The notes below the pieces were generated by a model. It saw nothing but the letters and a program-made list of their open reading frames with translations, ran no database searches and was not told where the DNA came from. DNA of 64,000 nucleotides from Paraspadella gotoi. Taxonomy: Eukaryota; Animalia; Chaetognatha. The DNA lies in the NCBI GenBank assembly GCA_051294375.1, contig CM119263.1, positions 9,850,432-9,914,431 on the forward strand. The letters run 5' to 3'. Positions within the stretch are counted from its first letter, which is position 1. Each line of letters begins with the position of its first letter. This document shows positions 24,401 to 34,300 of the stretch, one piece after another. Both the position numbers and the translations under genes were made by a program.

Positions 24401-27129
24401 AAAAAACAAAAGTCATATTTACTAAATTATACCAGTTGACCAAATTTTGTAAGTTGACCAAATTATGCCAGTTGACCAAATTATGCCGATTGACAAATTA
24501 TGCCACTTGACCAAATTATGCCGATTGACCAAATTAATGCCGATTGACCAAATTATGTCAGTTGACCAAATTATGTTCAGTTGACCAAATTATGTCAGTT
24601 GACCAAATTATGTCAGTTGACCAAATTATGTCAGTTGACCAAATTATGTCAGTTGACCAAATTATGTCAGTTGACCAAATTATGTCAGTTGACCAAATTA
24701 TGTCAGTTGACCAAATTATGTCAGTTTACCAAATTATGTCAGTTGACCAAATTATTGTCAGTTGACCAAATTATGTCAGTTGACCAAATTATGTCAGTTG
24801 ACCAAATTATGTCAGTTGACCAAATTATGTCAGTTGACCAAATTATGTCAGTTGACCAAATTATGTCAGTTGACCAAATTATGTCAGTTGACCAAATTAT
24901 GTCAGTTGACCAAATTATGTCAGTTGACCAAATTATGTCAGTTGACCAAATATATCTGCAAATATGAGCTGACAAAATTATGTCAGTTGACCAAATTATG
25001 CCAAATAATGCAAGTTGATTAAATTATGCAAATTGACCAGTAATATATCGTAGGCAGATCCGACATTTTTTGCTCAAACTTGTTCAAATATTACTCCAAC
25101 GAGGGCAAATCTATGTCAATGGGGTGGATCAGAAATTTGATTTGGGAACCTTCCCAAATGAAACTTCATACATTTCTGAGAAAACTTTCAAAAAGGACTA
25201 AAATGGGTTAAGGGTGGTTAGGGTTAAAGATTAAAAGTAGATAAGGTTACCGTTACTATATCCCTTTTTTATTCCATAAATCCTTCTATAAATCACTTTT
25301 TCATTCCATTGGACCACCCCCCAATCTTGTCAGTAAGTCACTTAAACCATGTCAGATTATCAAATCTATAAAAATGTCCGTCTGTCCGTCCCCCCATAGC
25401 AAAAAACACCAATTATTCATGATTGGATGGCTGGATTGAGCTGAAATTTTGTGTGTTTGTAAGAAAGTGTGTGATTGAGCTAGATATAAGTTTCGATGGA
25501 ATCGTGCCCGTGGAAAAGAGTTTAAATGGAAAAAAAACAAGGTTCTTTCTCTCCCTCTCTAAGTTAAAATGATTAATTGGCTGATTGATCAGTTGATTTT
25601 TTTATTAATTCATATTTTCTTTTATTGATCTATTAAAAAATCTGTTATGATTTGCTGTATCTCTCTCTATCTCTTGCTCTCTCGCATCATTGATAAATTA
25701 AAAAATGTTGAATTCCTGTATCTTAAATTGATGATCATGAATAGACAATCGTGATTGTTAATTATAGATTTTGAATTAAAAATTTATGAATTGTAGATGA
25801 TGAATTAAAAATCTTGAATTGATGATCTTAAATAAAAAATCTTAAAAGCATACGGATCGTCGAAATTGCATAAGAAAAATTGACGACAAATTTTGATACT
25901 AAAAAAATCAAATTTGAGAAAAATAAAGATAATTAAAAAAAAATTTAAAAAATAATCCACGAAAAAAATCGACGAAAATCTTGGAATAAATGGCGATAAT
26001 AAAAGTTTTTAGAGGGAAAAAATTAATCAGAGAGAGAAAGAGAGAGAGAAAAAAGAAAGAAATCAAAAGGCAGCAGCAGAAGCAGCAGGAGAAAAGAGAG
26101 AAAAAGAATAAGCCCCTGCAGAGCCAGCTGCAGACTCGTTTCTTTTCCCTATTCCCTATGATTGTGAATAAGTGACTAGGGAAAAGCGAGAGGGAGAGAG
26201 ACATGTAATTAAAAGAGAAAAGAGAGAGAGAAAGAAATATGAAAATAAAAGAGAGAAAATTTGTTTGTTTTGATTAATTAAAAACGAAAATTTTTTTTTT
26301 TAAATACAATGTTTGTTTTGATAAAACGTAAACAAAGCATTTAATAACTGTCCATACTTAATTTTAAGCACATCGATGATGAGAAGCTGTATATAAATTT
26401 TCAGCTTCATACACCCAAATTTAATCATAAAAAAAGCGATCTATAATTTGGAACGCCGACGACGACGACGCCACTTATGCGCAAAAGCATTACAATATCG
26501 TCGCAAACGCTAAGCGATTGCGACGATAAAAATAAAAAATAAATATTAAAAATAAAATAATAATTAATCATCTGATTAACTGCTTACCGCTAATTTATCG
26601 CGGGCAGATCCGACATTGTGTGCTCAAAACTTAATTATTTTTGCGTAGCAAGATTTCTATACTTCGCTCATAAGAAACGAAAAACAAATAACTGACCACA
26701 AAATCCCAGTTGGCGAATGTACAATTTAGCCCAAATTTATTGCCTACCTTACTGAGATAGTTATTATAATTTAAAATTGAGTGATCGCAGGTCTTTACAA
26801 GGCAATGAAAAAATTGTTTCTCGTCTACTAAAAATTGTTTTTGCCTAACTTCACCCCTTAGAGAATGTCGGAGATTTTGGGACCAAAGAATTTCGCATCG
26901 ATGCATGTTCTACCAAATCTCTTTCAATTGAAATTTTTGATAAACTATCGTCAACAAAAAAATCGTCATCGACGATCGTCATTTTGGAGCGTTTTTTCGA
27001 GATTGCAATTGCTGAATTTCCGTCGGTCCCAGAACGTAAAGAAAAACGGGAAACGTCATCAGAGGAGTCATCACCCGAGTTTTCCTTCTCCAAAAGGTTG
27101 CTACGAGAAATCCTGGCGCTTCTGAGCAT
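435..27129 (-). CDS. MSH4: MutS homolog 4 (meiotic MutSgamma subunit), 17 exons, ~1266 aa
   Basis: Exons (minus): 27129-26855, 23841-23205, 23019-22794, 19125-18987, 18893-18694, 18605-18175, 18107-17981, 14628-14420, 12299-12039, 7538-7364, 3457-3319, 3252-3163, 3097-2986, 2914-2800, 2720-2637, 2494-2302, 822-435. Total 3801 nt with all phases consistent. MSH4-type motifs: [44 protein letters not shown], Walker [15 protein letters not shown], Walker [25 protein letters not shown]. No mismatch-binding domain I. The first two exons rest on splice phase and composition only. Confidence 0.93.
929..1475 (+). mobile_element. HINE/DINE-1-like non-autonomous Helentron, family A
   Basis: 5' T-run plus GTCGGATCTGCT..AGCAGATTCCG stem, (GTCC)n tract, and a 3' subTIR with a small hairpin before AAACTTGTT. 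Confidence 0.7.
1620..2236. mobile_element. hAT-type MITE
   Basis: TIR TAAGGCGTAGT/ACTACGCCTTA, long internal inverted symmetry, 8-bp TSD ATAGATAA. Confidence 0.85.
4551..5353 (+). mobile_element. HINE family A with three ~180-bp internal tandem repeats
   Basis: The GAAATTTTGTGTGTGGGTAGGAAAG unit recurs at ~4696, ~4881 and ~5060; 3' end GCAGATCCGA..TTGTTTGCTCAAACTTGTT. Confidence 0.7.
5363..6135. repeat. ~375-bp tandem duplication (about 2.1 units)
   Basis: GACATCAG unit starts at ~5363, ~5738 and ~6113, with collinear downstream similarity. Confidence 0.75.
7559..7700 (-). mobile_element. Truncated LTR of the TRIM family
   Basis: Matches TGAAGAGACAGTAATT...ACCACCGGGC; lies ~19 nt from an MSH4 splice acceptor. 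Confidence 0.8.
8694..9460. mobile_element. hAT-type MITE (second copy at ~3800-4548)
   Basis: TIR TAGAGATTCCTTAACCGTTAA/TTAACGGTTAAAGAAACTCTA, 8-bp TSD TACACAAT. Confidence 0.85.
10090..10380 (-). pseudogene. Penelope-like reverse transcriptase fragment
   Basis: SRYIDDLF...[10 protein letters not shown]...VEYLNINI...LSVYDKIDF is the typical Penelope RT palm/thumb; truncated. Confidence 0.75.
12306..12960 (-). mobile_element. HINE family A (3' part)
   Basis: Reverse 3' terminus AACAAGTTTGGGCAAACAACGTCGGATCTGC, 4 nt from an MSH4 acceptor. Confidence 0.65.
17220..17452 (-). mobile_element. Solo LTR of the TRIM family
   Basis: Full-length match to the 34234-34463 LTR. CAGT TSD at 17216-17219 and 17453-17456. 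The empty site sequence is visible in a sister repeat near 16266. Confidence 0.88.
20865..21045. repeat. 22-bp tandem repeat, same family as 49455-49675
   Basis: Directly visible. Confidence 0.85.
21359..22596. mobile_element. Foldback MITE with very long TIRs, Chapaev/CMC-like
   Basis: Ends CAGGGTAG/CTACCGTG, several hundred bp of inverted homology, 4-bp TSD TCAA. Superfamily is inferred from the ends and TSD only. Confidence 0.75.
24095..25084 (+). mobile_element. HINE family A carrying an 18-bp satellite array
   Basis: Both family-A termini are present and enclose the array. Confidence 0.72.
24435..25040. repeat. 18-bp tandem array (GTTGACCAAATTATGTCA)n, ~33 units
   Basis: Directly visible; homogeneous core, degenerate edges. 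Confidence 0.95.
25835..26533 (-). mobile_element. HINE-like family B (GA/CAG/GAC microsatellite-rich)
   Basis: Ends AAAATCTTAAAAGCATA.GGATCGTCG and ATCGTCGCAAACGCTAAGCGATTGCGACGATAAAAA (subTIR plus inverted repeat). Confidence 0.65.
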
Positions 27130-27243
27130 TTGGCTAGGAGTCTACGTCGCTCTTAGAAGTTAAGGAAGATTTTTTTAATGGAGATTTTTTTTCGAATCTG
27201 ACTACCAACGCCCCTAAAGAAAATTCCGGTAAAAAATATATGT

Positions 27244-27802
27244 AACAAGTTTGAGCAAACAATGTCGGATCTGCCCACGATCATTATCGGTAATTAATTA
27301 ATAATTAATTAATAATTAATAAATTCAAGTTAATTATTTAATTAGTTAATTAATTTGATATGAAATGTTTGTTTTGATTGATTAATTGACTGATTAATTA
27401 ATTATTAATTAAATAATTGACTAATTAACTGATTAATTATTTGATTAATTAATACATCTTGCATTTACATTTAAAATAAAAAGAAAAAAAAGCATAATCA
27501 ATTAGTAAAACAGGTTCTTTGTTTTTTCCATTTAAACTCATTTCCACTCGGACGATTCATATCCAGCTCAATCACACACTTCCCTACCCACACACAAAAT
27601 TTCATTCCAATCCATCCATCTCATCACGAGTAATTGGTGTTTTTTGCTAAGGTGGGACGGATGGACACAGAGAGAAACAGACGGACAGACAGTTTTTTTT
27701 GCATAATTTATCATAATTCGATGTTCTGACATGATATAAGTGAATGCTCGACAAGATTGAGGGGGCGGACCGACGGACCGACAGTGAATTATAGAGTCGG
27801 GC
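27244..27802 (-). mobile_element. HINE family A nested in a MITE
   Basis: Reverse 3' terminus at 27244 and reverse 5' region ending TATAGAGTCGGG. Confidence 0.7.
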
Positions 27803-27866
27803 TATCTCATCGAGATATCTCATCTTTGATTTTGTCCCTAGAAATCCATGAGTTTTTCTTTAATTG

Positions 27867-27911
27867 TGGTGGCAGCGGTAAGATTCGAACCCACGCCTCC
27901 GAAGCGATGGA
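27867..27911 (-). pseudogene. 3' half of tRNA-Leu including CCA (retro-copied fragment)
   Basis: Minus strand TCCA-TCGCTTCGGAGGCGTGGGTTCGAATCTTACCGCTGCCACCA matches the variable arm, T arm and acceptor of eukaryotic tRNA-Leu; the 5' half is absent. Confidence 0.7.
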
Positions 27912-28321
27912 AATATTTTTCGCTCAGTAGTTTATTTGTCCTGGCTTGTTTGATCTCAAAATGTTGGTTATTTGACAGATGCAATGCTAATGGAATAGTG
28001 CGTTTTTATTTCGTTTTTAACACAATTTTTCCCAGGGGCGTTTGGTAGTCACATTTGAATTAAAATCTCCATTGAAAGAATATTCCTCGATTACTAAGAG
28101 CGACGTCGACTCCTAATACTATTAGTTTACAAAACCAATAATTTTGTGTAATCGATTATTCTGCTCTAGAGCTCTATTCAGTATTCCTTGCATACCTGTA
28201 AAAATGTTCATCAATATAATTCTGAGTATCACAGTGTATAACAACAAAAAATAAACAGAATCTCACATCAGTTCAACTTTATCGCAGCGAACACTTCTGC
28301 GGACTGTTCGACAGCGGCGGT

Positions 28322-31300
28322 TCATCCCAGACGCCACTTGATGTAGGCTTTCTTAAAGTAATCGAATCCGGAGAGAACGCCCGCTCCCGCAATTCCTCTT
28401 AAAATATTAGCTCCGGCCCCTTTCATCAGAGACATGAAGCCTTCGTTCTTGACGACTTGCATGAAGCAGTCGATTGATCCCTAAAAAAAAATATATATAT
28501 ATAATATATATATTGGTTGTACTAATTTCATATACTTTTGTAGTCACAAAATATCATTACGATATATAGGAGATGACTGTTCCTTCCATCAGCGCCATAA
28601 TATATATGCATTTTATACATGAGCATCAAACAAAGCAAACAAAGCTAAGATCAAAGACAAAACAAAGTTAAATATTGAATGAAAAATACCACTATAGACA
28701 AAACAAGGTTAAAGTTATTAAGCAAAATATTTCAATCACTAAAGAATGCGAGTATTCTTTTGAAAACTAAATTTTTCAAACATTAGATTTTAGATATAAC
28801 ACAAAAATAATAGCGCACTTGATTAATACTTCTCCACCCAATGGTCCTAGTCGAAATAAAAAAAAGAAGAGACTTAAGGGTAAAGCGTTGCAAACATATT
28901 GAAATCAAGGAAAACCAAAATTCGAATAGTAGATTATGAACACTTCGAACAGTATAGTGATGTGAAAATGATAAAATTTTAGAAAAGTAAAATTTAGCAT
29001 ATAAAACGTAAAAATAAAAATCTTAAAAGCATAAGGATCGTCGCAATCGCATAAGAAAAATCTGGATTGACGACAAATTTTGATACTAAAAAAAAGAAAA
29101 TTTGAGAAAAAAAAAAATTTATAAACAGAAAGAAAAATTCTATTTTGCGATTGTTAATTAAAAAAAATAATAAAGTACTGAAGAAAATTAAAGTTAGTTT
29201 CTGTAAAAAAAAATTAAAAAAAACAAATAAAATAAAATTTCATTGTCAAAAAATAAACTGATCATCATAAGAAAAAAAAACGAAATAAAAACCCGATGTT
29301 GCGATAGCAAAATGATAATATGCACGAATGCGATGCCTAATTTTACGAGTTCAATCCTAATCCAATTTTTTTTTTTAATAAAAACGCAGAGAGAGAGAGA
29401 TAAAAGCCAATTCGTTTTCGGATGAATCAGCGGCGGCAGCAGCAGAGGCACCCAGAAAAAAAGAAAGAAATCAAAAGGCAGCAGCAGAAGCAGCAGGAGA
29501 AAGAGAGATAAAGAATAAGCCCTTGCAGAGCCAGCTGCAGACTCGTTTTTTTTTCCCTTTCTCTATGAATCAGTGACTAGGGAAAAGAGAGAGACATGTA
29601 ATTAAAAGAGAGAGAGAAATATAAAAATAAAAGCGAGAAAATTAGTTTGTTTTGATAAAACGTAAACAAAACATATTTAATAACTGTCCAGACTCAATTT
29701 TAAGCACATCGATGATGAGAAGCTGTATATAAAAGCGTTACAATATCGTCGCAAAGCGATTACGATGATAAAAACCATTAAAAATACTTTAATATGTCGC
29801 TCCGCGCTTAAAAAAAAATCCGAAAGAACGAAGTGGTTTCTGATAATTTTGGTTCCTAGCAATTTTTGAACCAGTAGCGCAGTAAATATTACAAAACCAT
29901 GGATGATTTCTGAAACTGCAATGTTTGGTAGGGTGGAGTGATGAAAAGATTGAGCGATGAAACAATACTTTTTTGCTGCCTTTGTATATGTAATAAAAAA
30001 TAATTAAACCCTTTTTAAAAAAAAATTTGCATAACAGTATCATTAATTGAATTTTTTTTATAGTAATATCCTTATAAAATTATAAAATTTCAAAATCATA
30101 TTTTCTTAATTTTAAAAACAGTTTTGGATTCGCCGGAAAAAAAACTGGAAAACTTTTGTAAAATATGTTACATGATATTTTTAGGTTAAAGCTGCGAAAA
30201 ATGATAAAAAAGTTTCATCATATAACAGTTTCTACTACAAAGTGTAAAAAAGGAAAGAATTTGACCTTTACTGTTTTTGCCAAACATGCCCTTTAAAATT
30301 TTAAAAATAAAGATTAGCTAATGAAACTACGTCTTAGGTACATTTCGTTGCCCGAACAAAGAAAATTCATTGATATGGAGCCTTGAAATAATTCATTTTC
30401 TTTGCAATTTACCCCTTTATTGATAAAAGCCTTGTATTATAATAAAAAATAAAAATCTTAAAAGCATAAGGATCGTCGCAATTGCATAAGAAAAATCAGG
30501 ATTGACGACAAATTTTGATACTAAAAAAATCAAACTTGAGAAAAATAAAGAAAATAAAAAAATTTAAAAAAAAATTAAAAAAATCCACGAAAAAAATCCA
30601 CGAAAATCTCGGATGTAAATTTGGGAATAAATGGCGATAATAAAGGTTTTTAGAGGGAAAAAATTAATCAAAGAGAGTGAGAGAGAGAGAAAGAAAGAAG
30701 CCAAATCATTTTCAGCAGCAGAAGCACCCAGAAAAAATCCACAAAAATCCCGGATGTAAATTTGGGAATAAATGGCAATAATAAAAGTTTTTAGAAGGAA
30801 AAAAATAATCAGAGAGAGAGAGAGAGAGAAAGAAATCAAAAGACAGCAGCAGAAGCAGCAGCAGAAGCAGCAGGAGAAAAAAAAGAAAAAGAAAGAGCCC
30901 CTGCAGAGCCAGCTGCAGAGAAAGAAATCAAAAAGCAGCAGCAGAAGCAGCAGGAGAAAAGAGAGAAAAAGAATAAGCCCCTGCAGAGCCAGCTGCAGAC
31001 TCGTTTTTTTTCCCTATGAATCAGTGACAAGGGAAAAGAGAGATGGAGAGAGACATGTAATTAAAAGAGAAAAATGAAAATAAAAGAGAAAATTTGTTTG
31101 TTTTGATAAAACGTAAACGAAACATATTTAATAACTGTCCAGATTCAATTTTAAGCACATCAATGATGAGAAGCTGTATATAAATTTTCAGCTTCATACA
31201 CCCAAATTTAATCATAAAAAAGGCGATCTATAATTTGGAACGCCGACGACGACAACGACGCCACTTATGCGCAAAAGCGTTACAATATCGCTAAGCGTTT

Positions 31301-34300
31301 GCGACGATAAAAAATAATTTTACCATACAGCGACATGCGTTATTAAAAGACGTGTGTTATTAAGAGATTGTAGTTCTCTTTTTAATAAAAAATTGTTATA
31401 TTAATATAGCTAATGGGCATTATGCAAAGGTTTTAATTTGCACCTGAAGATGATAAAAATTTAAAAAACTGATAATACAGTCTTTTAGCCCTATGTCAGT
31501 AGTTTTTAAATCAGCCGGAACAAAGTTTGAACTCCTAAATTTTCATATTTAAATCTAAGGAATAACAGATTTTTTACTGTGTAACAACAAATTTTTATTT
31601 CATAGGGACATGTTTCGACTCTGTGGTTGAGAGTCTTCATCAGCATTTTGATGAAGACTCTCAACCACAGAGTCGAAACATGTCCCTATGAAATAAAAAT
31701 TCGTTGTTACACAGTAAAAAATCTGTTATTCCTTAAATACAAACACAACGAAAAAGAAAGAATCACAACAATGTCATATTTAAATCGTATGTTTTTTAAG
31801 GTTCCTATATGAATTTTTTAAATTTTTTTGTTTTCAACAAAATGATAATTCATTATCCTTAGTAATTATATAAACATTTGAAGTATAGAAAATTTTTGTT
31901 TATATCAGAAACATAATTCAATCTTTTCTCTTTCAGAATCTATATTTATTTTTTTAAATACGGCCAAGTGTGTTAAATTTAATTTAATTTAAATTTAATT
32001 TTAAATTTTACTTTTGACTAAGATTCCGATCCAGATTTAAAAAAAAATCCTTTGAAACATTTAATATGATAACAAAACTCATCGTTCTATCATTTTTGAC
32101 ATCGGAGGAGAATTTGGTGACGGACGCGGCGTCAACAGGACGCCTGGTCGCAGATTGGCATCTTCTGCCTCGAATCTTTCCGTCAGATCTGCGAGACCTT
32201 CGGGACTCCCTCCACCGACCTCTTCGCGACGAAGGAATCGGCGCAGGTGCGTCGCTTCTCTTGGAAGGCGGAGGCGCCAACGGAGGGTGTGGACGCCCTC
32301 GCCCAGATTTGGAGCTTCGATCGGGCCTTTCTCCTTCCTCCGCCGCCTTTTCTCTCGAGCGTCATCCGGAAATTGGAGGAGGCGTCGGGGACCTTCCTCT
32401 GGTCGCCCCGTTTTGGCCAGCCCAGAAGTGGTTCCCGTCATTGAGGAACCTGAGGATTCAGGAGGTTCGACGCCTTCCGGCTCCAGAGGACGCCGTCGTC
32501 GACCACAGCACAGGATCCCCGCCGCCGCAAGCCGATCGTCTCAGGCTGACCGTTTGGCAGTTTTTCGGCTGGCGAACGACCTCGACGACCTCAGCGATTC
32601 AGCTTTCGCCGTCATCGCCGACAGTTGGAGAGGCTCCACTCGGGATCGTTACGCGCGAGCCTGGAGCTCCTTCTGCGATTTCCTTCAACGCAAGTACGAG
32701 GACTTGATGCGTCTCTGAAGGAGGTTTTGGAGTACCTGGCCCACCTCGTAGATCTGGGCTTGTCGTACAGCACCATGAACCTTCACTGCTCAGCGATTTC
32801 GGCCACCTTGCCACCTCAGCCTGAGGGGAGCATTCCCTCGTTCGACGTTTTCTCAAGGGGACTTTCGAACGACGTCCCCCTTCGCGTCGAATGTTTCCTC
32901 CATGGGATGCGGCTTCGGTTCTACGCGTCTTGGACGCCGTCGCCCTACCGCAGTCTCCTGCTCACGTTCTTCGTTGCTCCCTTTTTCTTTTCGCGCTCGC
33001 TTCGGCTAGGAGGCCGTCGGAGATCGTTTCGCTCAAGTGCGACCACGCCCACCTTTCACTCGCGGCGGACCATTGACGTTTTGTTCCGTCCAAGCTGTCC
33101 ATAACAGATCGCGTCGGGCACATGGGCCCGGCGTTCAGGTTGGACGCCCTTCCGACGTCATCGCGTTGTCCCATTGCAGCTCTTAAGGAGTGGCTGCAAG
33201 TTCGCGTTTCTTTAGCGCCGAAGCACGTGTTCCTTTTCTGCGCCCCCTCGCCGCCATTTACGCCTCTTTCGCCTTGACGTTTTGCGGCTTTACTCAAGGC
33301 GCTCTTTTTGGAGGCGGATGTTGACGCTCAGCCAGGTTCTGCGCGCGTCATGGCAGTCTCGGAAGCCTTCGCTCGCGGCGTCGATCTCGGCGTCATCCTC
33401 AGGGCTGGAGACTGGTCCGGAGACCAGACCTTCCGGTTTCACTGTAGGGACGTCTCGTGGGGCGCTTCGGTTGGCGTTTCTCGGGACTAGTGACGCTTCC
33501 CCCGGCGCAGCAGCACTTCGACGGAGTCGTCGCAGCGTCGGGACTGGGCGCTGAGGCCGCTTTGGCCGGGAGACATTTTTTCGTTTGTCTTTTGTTTACT
33601 GTTTCTCTTGTCTGGTCACAGCGCGGTGTCCCGCCTTTTGGCTAATGTGGGGGGGTTTCGATAAGAATCATAATTCCATTCAGAATTAAAGATTTTTCTT
33701 TTTTCAAATTTGGCCAAATGTGTTTAATTTAATTTCAAAAGCTGTTATACTTTTGACTAAAATTCCGATCCAGATACTGCAATATTGACGATAGATAAGA
33801 AAATAGTATCTAGGGTTTATTGAATTAGTAAAGAAAAACTAATAAAATTATACTTTTGAAGAGACAGTAATTATTATTATGTGTTAGTGATAGAACCGTT
33901 CAATATAAGCAGTCCCTGAGCTTCGGATCAGGCTCCATCCTAGGCGGCCACTGGGCTAGAACCCCGGACCTTTGGGTTGGGAGGCGAATGATTTGCCTTC
34001 GGCACTAATGGCCACTGATGAACGGTTGGTGGATTTTAGTCCACCATACATCCCCCCCTCCCGTAGGGAGAAGTCTGTTGCGTCTCTTCAGTGAATTGTT
34101 GTTGGTGGAAAGTTCGTCACCAAGTTGAGGCATGTCGCCTGATGTGTTGTGGGCGAAAAGTGCATCGCCAGGTTGAGGCATGTTGCCTGAAAGTGTTGTT
34201 GTTGCTGTTGTGTTCGGAAATCGGGCTCACCAATGAAGAGACAGTAATTATTATGTGTTAATGATAGAACCGTTCAATATAAGCAGTCCCTGAGCTTCGG

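Larger units (their letters stand above)
27137..28113. mobile_element. TA-targeting MITE between ANT and MSH4
   Basis: TIR GGAGTCTACGTCGCTCTTAG/CTAAGAGCGACGTCGACTCC with TA on both flanks; related end at ~43506. Confidence 0.78.

Noticed and set aside
24435-25040. Possible CRISPR array or repeat proteins (TKLCQL / SVDQIM ORFs)
   Set aside because: Head-to-tail 18-bp units without spacers, no cas genes, eukaryotic context; the ORFs are artefacts of a stop-free unit.
32625-33490. Phage integrase or bacterial contamination
   Set aside because: Domain order RNase H-MT-YR and the motifs fit DIRS; it is frameshifted and lies within a host intron.
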